From contig OY969767.1 of the NCBI GenBank assembly GCA_963702895.1, positions 672,001-736,000 on the forward strand: DNA of 64,000 bases, given 5' to 3'. Positions 38,979-49,721 of this stretch are shown piece after piece. The first letter of the stretch is position 1. Every line of letters begins with the position of its first letter. The position numbers and the translations under genes are program-made. The DNA is from an uncultured Elusimicrobia bacterium (GTDB taxonomy: Bacteria; Elusimicrobiota; Elusimicrobia; 2-01-FULL-59-12). The notes below the pieces were generated by a model that was not told the DNA's origin, did not search any database, and saw only the letters and a program-made list of their open reading frames with translations.

Positions 38979-39028
38979 GTTGATAATGGGCGAAGCGCAT
39001 GAATGACGCGATAAGGAGCGACTGAGCT

Positions 39029-40669
39029 ATGCTTTGGAAACGAATCAAAATTCTCTATTGGCAAAACCAGTTTTGGTTTATTGTCGTGGTCGTCATCCTG
39101 GTGCTCGGCTTTTTCTCCGTGATTGGACTTCTCTTCATGGACTCCTTCTTTGCCCAGCAGCAGATCGCGATTTTGCCGCTGGAGACGCTCAAGATGATGC
39201 TCTGGGGCCTCACCTCCGCCTACTTCTTTATGCAGATCATGTACAAGGGCGGAGGGGGTCTTTCCTCTCTGCGCGGCTCTAAAAAGATCAAAGGAGAATC
39301 AGTCAAGGTCACCTTTCAAGACGTGATCGGTCTGAGCGAAGCCAAGCGTGATTCCATGGAAGTCGTCTCGCTTATCAAGGACAGGGCCAAAGTGCGGCGG
39401 ATCGGCGGGAAAGTCGTGAAGGGGCTCCTCATGGTGGGCCCTCCGGGGTGCGGCAAGACCTATCTTGCGAAGGCCATCGCGCATGAGGCGGGCGTCCCGT
39501 TCTACTCCATCGCCGGTTCCGAGTTCGTCGAGGTCTTTGTGGGTGTCGGCGCCAGCCGCGTGCGAAAAATGTTTGAAATCGCCAAGAACTCCGCTTTCAT
39601 TCATGGCGCCGCGATCATTTTCATCGACGAACTGGATGTCGTGGGCCAGCAGAGACAGTTCTCCTTCATGGGAGGCCAGGAAACGAACAGCACGCTCAAC
39701 CAGCTCCTCGTATGCATGGACGGTCTGGGCAAGGAAGACGGGGGCAACGTCATCGTCATTGGCGCGACCAACGCCAACATCAATGTTTTAGATCCCGCCC
39801 TGCTCCGTCCCGGGCGTTTCGACCGCCATATTCAGATCACGATGCCCCGGGTGTCGGACCGCAAGGAGCTCTTCGAATACTATTTCAAAAAGGTCAAGAC
39901 CGACCCCGACATCGATGTGGCGAGGCTCTCGCGCAAGACGGTCTGGAAGTCGCCGGCGGACATTGAAAACATCGTCAAGGAAGCGGCCCTCATCGCGATC
40001 CGGAACGGCCGTGAAGTCGTGACCTACAAGGACATCTCCGCCTCGATTGAAAGAGTCGATCTGGGACAGGAAACACACCTCGAACTCACGCCCCAGGAGC
40101 GGGAGCGGGTGGCGTATCATGAGGCCGGGCACCTTTTGGTGCTCTACAATCAGCACCCGACCGATGACGTTTTTAAAGCTTCCATTAAGACGCGAGGCGG
40201 CGCCCTGGGTGTGGTCTATCATCACCCGCGCGAAGAGCTCTACACCAAGACGAAGGACGAGCTCTTCGCCAACGTCAAGACGGCGCTCGCCGGCTATGTC
40301 TCCGAAAAGATCAAATACAACGTGACCTCCACAGGCGTCTCCGGAGACTTCGCCAACGCGATGAGCGTGGCCTCCAGCATGGTCTGGCACTTCGGGATGA
40401 GCTCCAACGGTTTTGTGGGAGACTACAGCCTGCTTCTGGGGAGCGCGACGAAGGGCGAGAGCCGGATTTCTGAAAGCATGAAAGATCACCTGAATAAGGA
40501 AGTCCAGATTATCCTGCACAAGGCGACGGAAGAAACAGAGGCTTTCCTGCGCCAGGAATGGCCGATGCTCGAAGTCTTTGTGAAGGCGCTCCTGGAGAAG
40601 AGCGAATTGGATTATGACGAAATTGAGGCCATTTTTAAAGAGCATGGAAAAGAAAGGATTAAGGTTTAG
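39029..40669 (+). CDS. FtsH-like membrane AAA+ zinc metalloprotease (M41)
   Basis: Two N-terminal TM segments; 'GPPGCGKT', 'FIDELD', 'ALLRPGRFDR', 'AYHEAGH'. Confidence 0.92.
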   Translation: MLWKRIKILYWQNQFWFIVVVVILVLGFFSVIGLLFMDSFFAQQQIAILPLETLKMMLWGLTSAYFFMQIMYKGGGGLSSLRGSKKIKGESVKVTFQDVIGLSEAKRDSMEVVSLIKDRAKVRRIGGKVVKGLLMVGPPGCGKTYLAKAIAHEAGVPFYSIAGSEFVEVFVGVGASRVRKMFEIAKNSAFIHGAAIIFIDELDVVGQQRQFSFMGGQETNSTLNQLLVCMDGLGKEDGGNVIVIGATNANINVLDPALLRPGRFDRHIQITMPRVSDRKELFEYYFKKVKTDPDIDVARLSRKTVWKSPADIENIVKEAALIAIRNGREVVTYKDISASIERVDLGQETHLELTPQERERVAYHEAGHLLVLYNQHPTDDVFKASIKTRGGALGVVYHHPREELYTKTKDELFANVKTALAGYVSEKIKYNVTSTGVSGDFANAMSVASSMVWHFGMSSNGFVGDYSLLLGSATKGESRISESMKDHLNKEVQIILHKATEETEAFLRQEWPMLEVFVKALLEKSELDYDEIEAIFKEHGKERIKV

Positions 40670-40673
40670 GAGC

Positions 40674-41612
40674 ATGCGTTTATTCCGTCATCCCCCGCGG
40701 GTGTCAGCGGGGGATCCATCAAAAATGAACATGATGGATCCCGTCTCCATCCCTATAGCCTATAGGGATGGACAGTCTCCCGGTTGTAAGGGGGGCGGCT
40801 TACGGATTGCCGGGATGACGTCCATGATCCTCAGTCTTCTCCTCGTGAGCCTGCCAGCATGTCGTTGGAAACTGAGTCCAACCTATCCAGCGTCAAAAAT
40901 CTCGAGTTCGCTCCGGCAGCTCTGTGAACGGGATTACAAGCTTTCGGTTGAGACCCGGCACATCCGCAACTCTTTGCAGGCGCACTTTTGGAATTGGGGG
41001 CTCTTTAACGGAGATGCCCGTGACCTCCAAGCCATGAGCCGGGAGGCCATGCAGGCGCTGGAGCACATCCTCTTATGCTCCACACGCATTGCGCTCAGCA
41101 CCGACGCGAAGCTCGATTTTATTGAAGTGCGGCTCGCGGATGTTTTGACGGGAGCATCGATCACGCTTTGGCGCTATGTCCCGGATATCCACGACTCGAT
41201 GCGGCAGCGCTTTGGGGACACAGAATACATCAACCGCCTTTTGATCAATATTGAGCCTGGGAGGAGTTCTGACCCCATCGAGCCAAGGCAAGGCTCCCTC
41301 GTGAAGAGCGTGGAGTGGAATGAGCCGATGACCCTTTCAGAATTTCTGGCCAAACAAGTCATCATGCGGGCGCGTCGCGAAGCCGGGGATGGCTTTCTTG
41401 CCCATCCCGACCTCACGGAGCCCGCCACCCTCGGGGTTGTGATTGAGGATTGGGCAAGGATTGCGGAAAAAGGTCCGGAGCAAGCCGCTCACGTGACAGA
41501 GCTCCTCCACCAGAATGCCCAAAAGGTGGTCCGAGGTTACCGGTTTGACGGGTTTCGGGAAATCGTTTTACGTGACGGCCGCGGCGCGCCTTTGCGCCGC
41601 TGGTCATTTTAG
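40674..41612 (+). CDS. Hypothetical lipoprotein; N-terminus contains an in-frame family-A palindrome (start uncertain)
   Basis: 'MILSLLLVSLPAC' lipobox-like; residues upstream are encoded by repeat 40687-40819. Confidence 0.7.
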   Translation: MRLFRHPPRVSAGDPSKMNMMDPVSIPIAYRDGQSPGCKGGGLRIAGMTSMILSLLLVSLPACRWKLSPTYPASKISSSLRQLCERDYKLSVETRHIRNSLQAHFWNWGLFNGDARDLQAMSREAMQALEHILLCSTRIALSTDAKLDFIEVRLADVLTGASITLWRYVPDIHDSMRQRFGDTEYINRLLINIEPGRSSDPIEPRQGSLVKSVEWNEPMTLSEFLAKQVIMRARREAGDGFLAHPDLTEPATLGVVIEDWARIAEKGPEQAAHVTELLHQNAQKVVRGYRFDGFREIVLRDGRGAPLRRWSF

Positions 41613-41666
41613 GCGTCACCCCGGCGCAAGCCGGTATGACGAGGGGTGGGGAGAAAGAGGCAGTGT

Positions 41667-42380
41667 ATGGCAGATGACAAGAAGAACGGAAGCGGAGCGA
41701 TGGTCCCAAGCTCCAAATCCGCTAAAAAAGACAAAGTCAGGCTGTTGCTCGCGGACGATCACTCGCTCTTCCGCGCGGGGCTCAAGGACCTCTTGGACGG
41801 GACAAGCCATTTTGTCATCGTCGGAGAGGCCGCGACGGGACCCGAGGCGCTGGAGCTTGTGGAAAAGAAAAATCCGGACATCGTGCTCATGGACATACGG
41901 TTACCGGGTATGGACGGGATCGCCTGCACCAGGCAAATCAAGAAGACCCATCCGGAGATGACGGTGCTCGTGCTGTCGATGTATGACGACGAGTCTCATG
42001 TGCTGGAGGCCTTTAACGCTGGAGCCAATGGCTATCTCTCGAAGCTCCTCTCCGCTCAGGACCTCGTGCGCGCCATCGAAACGGTGCATCAGGAAGGGTA
42101 TCTCATCCCGGGCAACATCATGACGCGCCTCATGGGGGGTCTGCGGAAGCTGGACCTCTCCGCCATGGAGGATTCCAATGGCGTTGTCACGAAGTCTGAG
42201 CTAAGGGTGCTCTCCAGCCTTGTGCAGGGACGTTCGAACAAGCAGATTGCGGAGGAGATTTTCGTGTCTGAGAAGACCGTTAAGAACCACCTCAATCACC
42301 TGTTCAAGAAGCTGGGTGTGAAGAACCGGACCGAAGCGGTCGTCAAAGCGATCGAACGCGGCCTGGTCTCGATGCAGTGA
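41667..42380 (+). CDS. NarL/LuxR-family response regulator
   Basis: 'LLADDH', 'VLMDIRLP', 'SNKQIAEEIFVSEKTVKNHLNHLFKKLGV.NRTEAV'. Confidence 0.95.
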   Translation: MADDKKNGSGAMVPSSKSAKKDKVRLLLADDHSLFRAGLKDLLDGTSHFVIVGEAATGPEALELVEKKNPDIVLMDIRLPGMDGIACTRQIKKTHPEMTVLVLSMYDDESHVLEAFNAGANGYLSKLLSAQDLVRAIETVHQEGYLIPGNIMTRLMGGLRKLDLSAMEDSNGVVTKSELRVLSSLVQGRSNKQIAEEIFVSEKTVKNHLNHLFKKLGVKNRTEAVVKAIERGLVSMQ

Positions 42381-42454
42381 GCGACGGCAAAAGTCGTCCC
42401 CGCGATGAGTCCTTGCGGGGACTGTCCCGCATCCTCTATCGATAGGGTGGCGGG

Positions 42455-42880
42455 ACGTAAATAGTGAATGGTAAATAGTTCTTTGCAGATGTCCTGATGT
42501 TCAAAACCATTCACGATTGACCATTCACGACTTTTGCCTTGCTGGTCTGAACCCAGGGGGGTCAGATCCCGCCGCCTGATGCATCCAAGGGCTGTGGGAC
42601 CTGGCCCCTTCCTTTTACGTCAACGGCAAACGGCGTGAATGGTGAATCGTAAATAGTGAACCGGGAAAGTTCAGTTAGGCCGTCACCCCGGCGGTCGTCA
42701 GCCGGGGTCTATCATTCTTCGACGGAAATGATGGATCCCGGCGTCCGCCGGGATGACGGCACAAAAAAGTACATTGACTACAGACAACAAAACCGGCCCA
42801 AGAGAAGATTCCCTGATAGTCAATCGTGAAAGGGTGAATGGTGTAGGACCATTCACTATTTACGATTTACCATTCACGCC
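42455..42880. repeat. Composite intergenic repeat zone: inverted 7-mer arrays (GTGAATG/CATTCAC), family-A palindrome 42682-42757, GGGACTGTCCC motifs
   Basis: Direct reading of the sequence. Confidence 0.75.
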
Positions 42881-42896
42881 GTTTGCCGTTTTGTTC

Positions 42897-43175
42897 TTAT
42901 TCTTGTTCGAGGTGCAGCGTCACGCCCTTGAAGCGGTTCGCCCAGACGTTGTAGAGCCACGAGATGAGCGTCAGGACAGCGGAGACCACCAACGTATAGA
43001 CCACGGTGAAAAGCAGGGTCGCCATGATCTTCTGCCAAAAGACCGTGATGCGGATGTTGGGGTTGGGAACGATGAAGAAACTGATGATGGCCACGATGAA
43101 ACCGACGACGACGAAGATGCGCAAAGCGTTGAAAAAGACAGAAGCGGGACTGATCGACTTAATTTCGTAATTCAT
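42897..43175 (-). CDS. Small two-TM protein (DUF3566-like)
   Basis: 'EIKSISPASVF...WLYNVWA...GVTLHLE'. Confidence 0.7.
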   Translation of the reverse strand: MNYEIKSISPASVFFNALRIFVVVGFIVAIISFFIVPNPNIRITVFWQKIMATLLFTVVYTLVVSAVLTLISWLYNVWANRFKGVTLHLEQE

Positions 43176-43191
43176 GGGGCTCTCCTTTTTC

Positions 43192-44298
43192 CTAATTCGG
43201 TATCAGGGCTATCAGCGTCTTGACGGCCACGGACTGCTGCGCGGGTACGCTTAAAATCATGGCGTTGTACTTATTTTCCTGGAACGTGACATCGCCCCGC
43301 ACCGCTTCGCCTTCCTTCTGAAAAGCGCCGGTGAGAAGGTTAGCAAAATTGGTCTCCGTGATCAAATCAAGCAGATGGGGCCTCTTCCGGTCTGATTTTG
43401 GGGAGGGCTCTCCTGTGTCGGAGACCACCCGGTTGTCCTTGTCCGCCACGATGATCCGGGCGCCTGGTAAGAGGGTCGTGGCAAGCTGCTCGATCCAAGC
43501 CTTCTCCTGTTCCGCCCGGGCGCTGAGGGCCGTCGTCTGGCGTTGGAGCTCATTTTTGATCTGCCGCACAAGCTGGTTGAAGGCGGCCGCCACTTTGCCA
43601 AACTCATCGGGATATTCCGGGAGGCTGGGGTCCGGGGAGGCGGGATTGAGGCTGCTGAGCGTTGTCCGGAAGTTTTGGAGAGGCTGCAGCACCCAGCGGT
43701 GCACAAAGAGCGACACAAAAGCAAAGCAGGTCATGAGCGACCCAATAATGATGAACCAAAACCGCTTGCGGGATGAGGTGACCTGCTGCTCAATGGACCT
43801 GTAGGTGAGGTCAATCCGAATGGCCCCTAAGGGGCCGGGGAGGCTACGGACCACGAGGGGCGTCAAGAGCGCCAAGGCCTTGCCGCCGGAATTTTCATAG
43901 ACCGCAATGCTCGCCTCTCCCGTTTTGAGGGTGTTGAGGATCGCGGCGTCCGAAGCGGGGGTGCCGACTCTTTCCGAGTCCCGGTGGTAGCGGAAATCCC
44001 CCCGTTGGTCAATCACATAGATGGAAAAAATCTCCTGGTCCTCCTCGAGCTGGTTGATGACTTGGAGGAGCGTCACATCGTCCTTCTGGATCAGGGCGGA
44101 AGCGATGCGGTCAGCGGAATAACGGTTAATGAAGCTCGCCTTTTCTCTTAAGCGTGTTTCGAGATTGGTCCTTTCCTGCCTCGCGAAGAACATTTGAGAA
44201 CTCAAGGCGGTCATGATGACCAGACACGCCGAAAGGAGGAAAAAGCGCTTCAACAAGCTCTCTGAGAGAAGAGAGGTCATACGCTCATCGGGAGGCAT
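43192..44298 (-). CDS. Membrane sensor-like protein (periplasmic domain, HAMP, PAS-like tail, no kinase domain)
   Basis: Two TMs; HAMP 'VLQPLQNF...DEFGKVAAAFNQL'. Confidence 0.75.
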   Translation of the reverse strand: MPPDERMTSLLSESLLKRFFLLSACLVIMTALSSQMFFARQERTNLETRLREKASFINRYSADRIASALIQKDDVTLLQVINQLEEDQEIFSIYVIDQRGDFRYHRDSERVGTPASDAAILNTLKTGEASIAVYENSGGKALALLTPLVVRSLPGPLGAIRIDLTYRSIEQQVTSSRKRFWFIIIGSLMTCFAFVSLFVHRWVLQPLQNFRTTLSSLNPASPDPSLPEYPDEFGKVAAAFNQLVRQIKNELQRQTTALSARAEQEKAWIEQLATTLLPGARIIVADKDNRVVSDTGEPSPKSDRKRPHLLDLITETNFANLLTGAFQKEGEAVRGDVTFQENKYNAMILSVPAQQSVAVKTLIALIPN

Positions 44299-45733
44299 CC
44301 ATAGCGACCTTCTCCTGCTTGGCCCGCTGGAGCGCGACGTAGATATGTTCGTTGTCCGGGTCGTACTGCGAAGCGAGTTCCAGTTCCTGCACCGCTTGAT
44401 GATAATTTTTATTACGAATGGCGGCCAGTCCTGAGCGGTAGTGCTGGCTGGCCTTTACGGGATCGGCGGGCCGGCGGACAGGTGCCGGCGTGGAGGTAGA
44501 AGGTCCCTCCTGGCCGCTGGGCGGAGATCCTGGCTTGTCCTTTGAGGTTTTTTCGTTTACGGGCGTGACCCGTGCCTTGTTGGAAGCTGTGATCTTGCTT
44601 TCCGCTTCTTTGATGCCTTTCTTCGAATTTTCAACCTCATAACCATAGTTCAGGCTTTCTTTCCAAAAGTTGATCGCCGCCGCGTAGTGTTTCTGGGACA
44701 TGGCGCTCTTGGCGGATTGATAGGAAGCCTTGCCCAGCTCGATTTTAACGCGAGCGTACATCTTTCTGGCCTCGGTGTTGCGCGGTTCAAGCAGGAGGAT
44801 CTGCTCATAGGCCTTCAGAGCTTCGGTCAGGTCCTTTTCCTCGTAGAGCTGTTTGGCCCGTGCGAGGAGTCGTGAGGACTGTCCCTTTTGGAGAGCGAGC
44901 TGTGTCTTGGCCATCATCATGGTCAGCCCGCGTTCTTTCAGGGCCGGGTCAAGAGCAATAGCGTTGGACCAATTGTCGAGGGCCTGCTCATAATCTCGCT
45001 TTTTGTAGTTTCGGTAGCCTTCCTCATATTGTTGTTGGCCCAGCTCGCGGTTCACTTCCGCGATTTTCTTCAGGGCCGGTTTGTACGAAGGGTTGATGGC
45101 GAGTGCCTGCTTCCAATAATTGATCGCTTGGACGTTGCGTCCCGCTTTGCGCGCTTCATTTCCTTTGCGCATGTAATCGTCGAGCAATCCGCGCTTACTC
45201 TCAATTTGGCGGCCCTCTTTGATCGAGAAAATCTTTTCACGCAAGGCCGCGACGTCCTCATAGTGGGGGTCGACCGCATAAATGTTGTTGAGGTACTCCA
45301 AGGCCTCGTCATAGCGGCCCAAATTGTAAGCATCGAGAGCGTCCCGGTAGAACACGTCCAAGGTGTCTCGGGCCACGGATTCTTTGGCGGAGCGAATGGA
45401 CTGTTTAAAGAGCGTCTTTTCGGACGTGGTCACGCCCCGGCCGCCTTCCATGGCGGCGGCCCGCAAGATGGCTTCCTTTTGAGTTTCATCAGCGGCGTGC
45501 AGCGGGGAGAGAAGAAGAAGGAAAATTATCGAACCGGCGAACCGCCCGCCACTACAGCACGGCGGGCCCGCCAACGATGTGATGGCGGGGCGAACCAGAG
45601 ACACGGTGTACCGGAGTAACGGGGTGTCGGGGTAACGGGGTAACGGACTTGACTCCGATACTCCGACACTCCGGTACCCCGATACCGGTTTTACGCCGAT
45701 TCCCCGACCTGCCGACTCGGCCATAGCGGCCAT
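44285..45733 (-). CDS. Exported TPR-repeat protein (TadD/pilotin-like position); N-terminus carries repeat-derived sequence
   Basis: Multiple TPRs; 'IIFLLLLSPLHA' signal cleavage site preceded by octamer-repeat-encoded residues. Confidence 0.8.
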   Translation of the reverse strand: MAAMAESAGRGIGVKPVSGYRSVGVSESSPLPRYPDTPLLRYTVSLVRPAITSLAGPPCCSGGRFAGSIIFLLLLSPLHAADETQKEAILRAAAMEGGRGVTTSEKTLFKQSIRSAKESVARDTLDVFYRDALDAYNLGRYDEALEYLNNIYAVDPHYEDVAALREKIFSIKEGRQIESKRGLLDDYMRKGNEARKAGRNVQAINYWKQALAINPSYKPALKKIAEVNRELGQQQYEEGYRNYKKRDYEQALDNWSNAIALDPALKERGLTMMMAKTQLALQKGQSSRLLARAKQLYEEKDLTEALKAYEQILLLEPRNTEARKMYARVKIELGKASYQSAKSAMSQKHYAAAINFWKESLNYGYEVENSKKGIKEAESKITASNKARVTPVNEKTSKDKPGSPPSGQEGPSTSTPAPVRRPADPVKASQHYRSGLAAIRNKNYHQAVQELELASQYDPDNEHIYVALQRAKQEKVAMDASR

Positions 45734-45740
45734 AGTGTAC

Positions 45741-46610
45741 CTATTTCTGCGCAAAGAAGTTGAGCGCGATGGGGCCAAAAATGATCACAAAGACGATGGG
45801 AAAGAAGAACACCATCATGGGAAAAAGCAGCTTCACCGGCGCCTTTCCGGCCAGGTCTTCGGCGCGCAAAATGCGTTTGCTCCTCATATCTTCCGCGTAG
45901 CTTCGCAGAATGGTCGAAAGCGATGTCCCCAGTTCTTCGGATTGGATGATGATGGAGGTCAGCGACTGCATGTCGGACAGATTCACACGAAACGCCAGGT
46001 GCTGGAGCGCTTCTTTTCGCGGCGCGCCCAGGCGGCACTCCTGCAAGAGGAGCGCGAATTCATCTTTCAGGGGCGCCGGCTTCATTTTTTCCATGATGCG
46101 CTCCACCGCCGCGAGAAAATCCAGCCCGCCTTCCAGGGTGAGCGCCGCCAGATCGACAAATCCAGGGAGCTGTTTTTGAATGGAGGCCTGGCGGGCCTGC
46201 CCCTTGGCCTGGATGTAAATATCCGGCAGCCAAAATCCGGCGACGAGTCCAATGAGATAGAGAAGAGGTTGTTGCGCGCCCGAGCGCCAGAAGAGGAGCA
46301 CGAAGAAGAGCCCCGTAAGCTCTTTCACGAAGAGAAAGTTTTCGGCCTTCCAGCCAAAGGGATAGCCGCTTCGCAAAAGAAGGAGCTCGAGGCGCTCCCG
46401 GAGCTTTTGATAGCGCAGGAGGGACTTATTGAAGGAGAGCTTTTCGCTAAACTCGGTAAAACCACGGAGGGCCTTTTGGCCGAGCTCTTCCTTGGGGGCC
46501 TCGGAGGCGGTCACCCATTGTTTTTGGGACTTGGAGTCCAAATAGAGCCCTAGCCCCTGATAAACAAGGAGGAAAATGGGTACGGCGATCAGGATAGGTC
46601 CCCAGTCCAT
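45741..46610 (-). CDS. tadC: Tad inner-membrane platform protein TadC (T2SS F family)
   Basis: 'LPGFVDL..L..EGGL.F', 'QSEELGTSL...LR', 'AE..AGKAPVKLLFP'. Confidence 0.92.
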   Translation of the reverse strand: MDWGPILIAVPIFLLVYQGLGLYLDSKSQKQWVTASEAPKEELGQKALRGFTEFSEKLSFNKSLLRYQKLRERLELLLLRSGYPFGWKAENFLFVKELTGLFFVLLFWRSGAQQPLLYLIGLVAGFWLPDIYIQAKGQARQASIQKQLPGFVDLAALTLEGGLDFLAAVERIMEKMKPAPLKDEFALLLQECRLGAPRKEALQHLAFRVNLSDMQSLTSIIIQSEELGTSLSTILRSYAEDMRSKRILRAEDLAGKAPVKLLFPMMVFFFPIVFVIIFGPIALNFFAQK

Positions 46611-46615
46611 AGTCG

Positions 46616-47470
46616 TTAGACGTCGATGGCGACGATTTTCTTCGTGACGATAATGCCAATCACTTCCCAAACGATTAAAAAGATGACCACCAGCTGTCCC
46701 AAGGGGGACGTGAGGGCCGGCCTCATGAGGTCGGGGGACATCACGATGAAAAGCAGGGCCAGGACCCAGGGGAAAGCCGACAGAAAGAAAATCTGTGAGC
46801 GCGCCTGCGCCGTGATGGCGCGCGCTTTTTTCTGGAGCTTGTTTTCCTCCCGGATGGTGAGCACGAGCTGCTCAAAAACCTTCAAAATATTGCCGCCTGT
46901 CTCGCGCTGGATGTTGATGGCGTACACCACGGTTTCCAGGGTCTTGCTGTTGATGCGCTCCAGGAGCTCCACGAGCGCCCTCTCAAGCGACGATCCCAGG
47001 CGATAGGAATTGAGGACGAGCCCAAACTCTTCGGAGATGGGAGGCGCCATGCTCGTGACGACCCGCTCAATCCCCGCGACCATATCCAGGCCGCTGCGGA
47101 GAGAATTGGACATGAGAAGAAGCGCGTCCATGAGCTGGGCCTCCACCTGGGCGGAGCGGACTTCCTTCCACATTGACAAGAGCATCTTGGGCGCCACAAA
47201 CCCCGCGGCAATGACGGCTGCTCCGATCACCCAGCTCCGGGTCAGAAGCCCCAACAGAACAGCCAGCACCCCCGCGCCCATCATGATCTGCGTAGGCCGG
47301 ATATTGAGGAAAAACCTGCTTAATTCGCGCGCCGTCTGGCGGGATTGGCTCTTGTACTGTTCCCGGTAGACACCGAAGAGCTCTGGAATAATCCGGACGA
47401 TGCCCAGGGACAGGAAGAACACGCACACAAACACATAGAGGTGGCCGATGAAATCGGGTCCTGGGTTCAT
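46616..47470 (-). CDS. tadB: Tad inner-membrane platform protein TadB
   Basis: 'QLMDALLLMSNSLRSG', 'PISEEF', 'IQRETGGNI', 'RAITAQAR'. Confidence 0.92.
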   Translation of the reverse strand: MNPGPDFIGHLYVFVCVFFLSLGIVRIIPELFGVYREQYKSQSRQTARELSRFFLNIRPTQIMMGAGVLAVLLGLLTRSWVIGAAVIAAGFVAPKMLLSMWKEVRSAQVEAQLMDALLLMSNSLRSGLDMVAGIERVVTSMAPPISEEFGLVLNSYRLGSSLERALVELLERINSKTLETVVYAINIQRETGGNILKVFEQLVLTIREENKLQKKARAITAQARSQIFFLSAFPWVLALLFIVMSPDLMRPALTSPLGQLVVIFLIVWEVIGIIVTKKIVAIDV

Positions 47471-49631
47471 GCCGCTTCTCCCTTGCCGTTCTTGTTCTCA
47501 AAGATGGCGGGGTCCAGGTGCAGGCCCTTGGCCTTCAGTTCGTCGAAAAAGGAGGGGAGCTTGCCTAGGGCTTCATAATGCCCCATGACCCGGCCGTCGT
47601 CATCGACACGGTCCTGGACAAAGCGAAAAAGGTCCTGGGAAAGAATCGTTTCGTCGCTGCGTCCCGTCACTTCCGTGATGCAGACCACTTTGCGCGTCCC
47701 ATCCTGAAGCCGGGCGAGCTGCACCACGAGATGCACCGCCGAACGGATCTGCTCACGCAGGGCCCACACCGGCAGGTCCATGCCGGCCATGAGACACAGG
47801 GTTTCCAGGCGCGTAAAACAATCTTGGGGGCTGTTGGCGTGAATGGTGGTGAGCGAGCCGTCGTGGCCCGTGTTCATCGCCTGGAGCATGTCCAGGGCTT
47901 CCCCGCCGCGGCACTCACCGACGACAATCCGATCGGGCCGCATGCGCAGGCAGTTCTTAACGAGGTCCCGTATGCTCACCTGGCCCTGGCCCTCAATATT
48001 GGCTGGCCGCGCTTCGAGTCGCACCACGTGTTCCTGCTGCATGCGAAGTTCGGCGGTGTCTTCCACCGTCACGATGCGCTCATTGTTGGGGATAAAGCTG
48101 GAAAGCATGTTGAGGATCGTGGTCTTTCCGGTGCCGGTACCGCCGGAGATCACCATGTTCTTTTTGAGCAGCACGCTGACCTTCAGAAAATCGATCATCG
48201 TGGGGGTGATCGATTGCGAACGGACCAAGTCCGCAGGGCCGAGGGCCCGTTCCGGAAAGCGGCGGATGGTGAGAGTCGGCCCCTGCACGGCCAAAGGCGG
48301 GATGATGGCGTTGACGCGTGAGCCGTCCTTGAGGCGGGCGTCGACCATCGGCGCGCTTTCATCAATGCGCCGGCCGAGGGGAGAGATGATCCTTCGAATG
48401 ACCTGGACCACATGGTTGTTATCAATGAAATGTTTGTCCGAGAGCGTGATTTTTCCGAGGCGCTCAATGAAAACCTGATCGAAGCGGTTCACCATGATTT
48501 CCGTGACGGAGGGGTCGGCGAGCAGCTCCTCGAGAGGCCCGAGCCCCAGGGCCTCGTCCACCATTTCCTTCACGAGCCGCTCGCGCTCTTCTCGGCTGAG
48601 CTCCATGTCCTTTTCCTTCGAGATAATGCTGTTCACGGTGCTCTCGACATTGGTGCGGAGCTGCCGTTCACGGACCGGGTCGCCTTTGGTGTCCAAATCA
48701 ATGCGCCGGATGTTGAGTTCTTCGACGAGTTCGCGGTGGACGTGCTGCTTGAAAGTGGTCCAGCGTTTCCTTTTTCTTCCACCACCTTGTCGGTGACCTG
48801 ATGTTCGAGCGCGGCCGACGTCTTCCTGCTCGAAGGGGAGCTCGGGGCACTCCCTGAGTTTACCGCGCCGGAACGAAAGGTCCGCGGACCGTCCGCTTTC
48901 GGGAGCGCGTCGATCAATCGCTGGACGGCCGTGAGGTAACCCGAAAGCCCTCTCTGGAGGATGACCGGTTGACCTTGGTTCAACAATAAACTCAATTCCG
49001 GTTCGTTCGGAAGCTCCACAGAGACCGATTTTTGAAACCGCCCGAGCGCCTGGGAAATGCTTGGGGCTGGCAGTGCGTGGGGGGAATCGGATTGGTTCAG
49101 GGCAAAAAGAAATTTGTGAAAGCCAACTTTTTGGTTATGGAGAATCTCCATGTGCTGCAGAGTGGATTTGACGGAGAGCGCGTGAGGAAGGAAGGTCCAG
49201 ATCACGACATCGGCCAGGTCCAAGGCTGAGAGCAGCAGCGGATGCGTCATTTCCATGTCGATCACGAGGTCATGCAGCTTGGCATAACCTTCCACAAAAA
49301 ACTTAAAGTGGTCCGTCTCCACGTGGGCCGCTTCGGCAGGGTGGGCGGCGAGCGAAATGGTCCCAACATTCAGCTTGTTGACCGGCACCCTCCCGCGCAG
49401 CATAGGGAAGGAGATCTTTTGACTCGCGATGATTTCCAGGAGGCTCGTGAGACTGGGGGACAAGGGCGAACCGGATATTTGGGCGGCGTCCCCTCTGCAA
49501 AAGGGGTCCGCGTCAAGGATCAGAGCGGGCTGATGATGAACGCGCGCGAGCCCCGCGGCGACATTGACCGCCAGCGTCGTTTTGCCGACCCCCGCCTGAG
49601 GGCCGATCACCAGAATGATTTTGTTGGCCAT
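47467..49631 (-). CDS. cpaF: Fused CpaE/TadZ (MinD/ParA-like) - CpaF/TadA pilus ATPase, with apparent -1 frameshift at ~48770
   Basis: N-part 'GPQAGVGKTTLAVNVA'; C-part 'GLGPLEELL.DP.VTEIMVN', 'GGTGTGKTT', 'LRMRPDRIVVGECRG.EA', 'AMNTGHDG'. Confidence 0.88.
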
Positions 49632-49721
49632 AATGATCAGTCCCGCGTCTCGAGTCTCGGGGCCCGCGTCTTGAGTCTCACATTTGTTCTGAGCTTGTGA
49701 CCCGGGACTCGGGACTCGGGA

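Noticed and set aside
48760..48785. Confident programmed ribosomal frameshift in cpaE-cpaF
   Set aside because: No canonical X XXY YYZ slippery heptamer, and other single-base deletions in the window point to assembly error.
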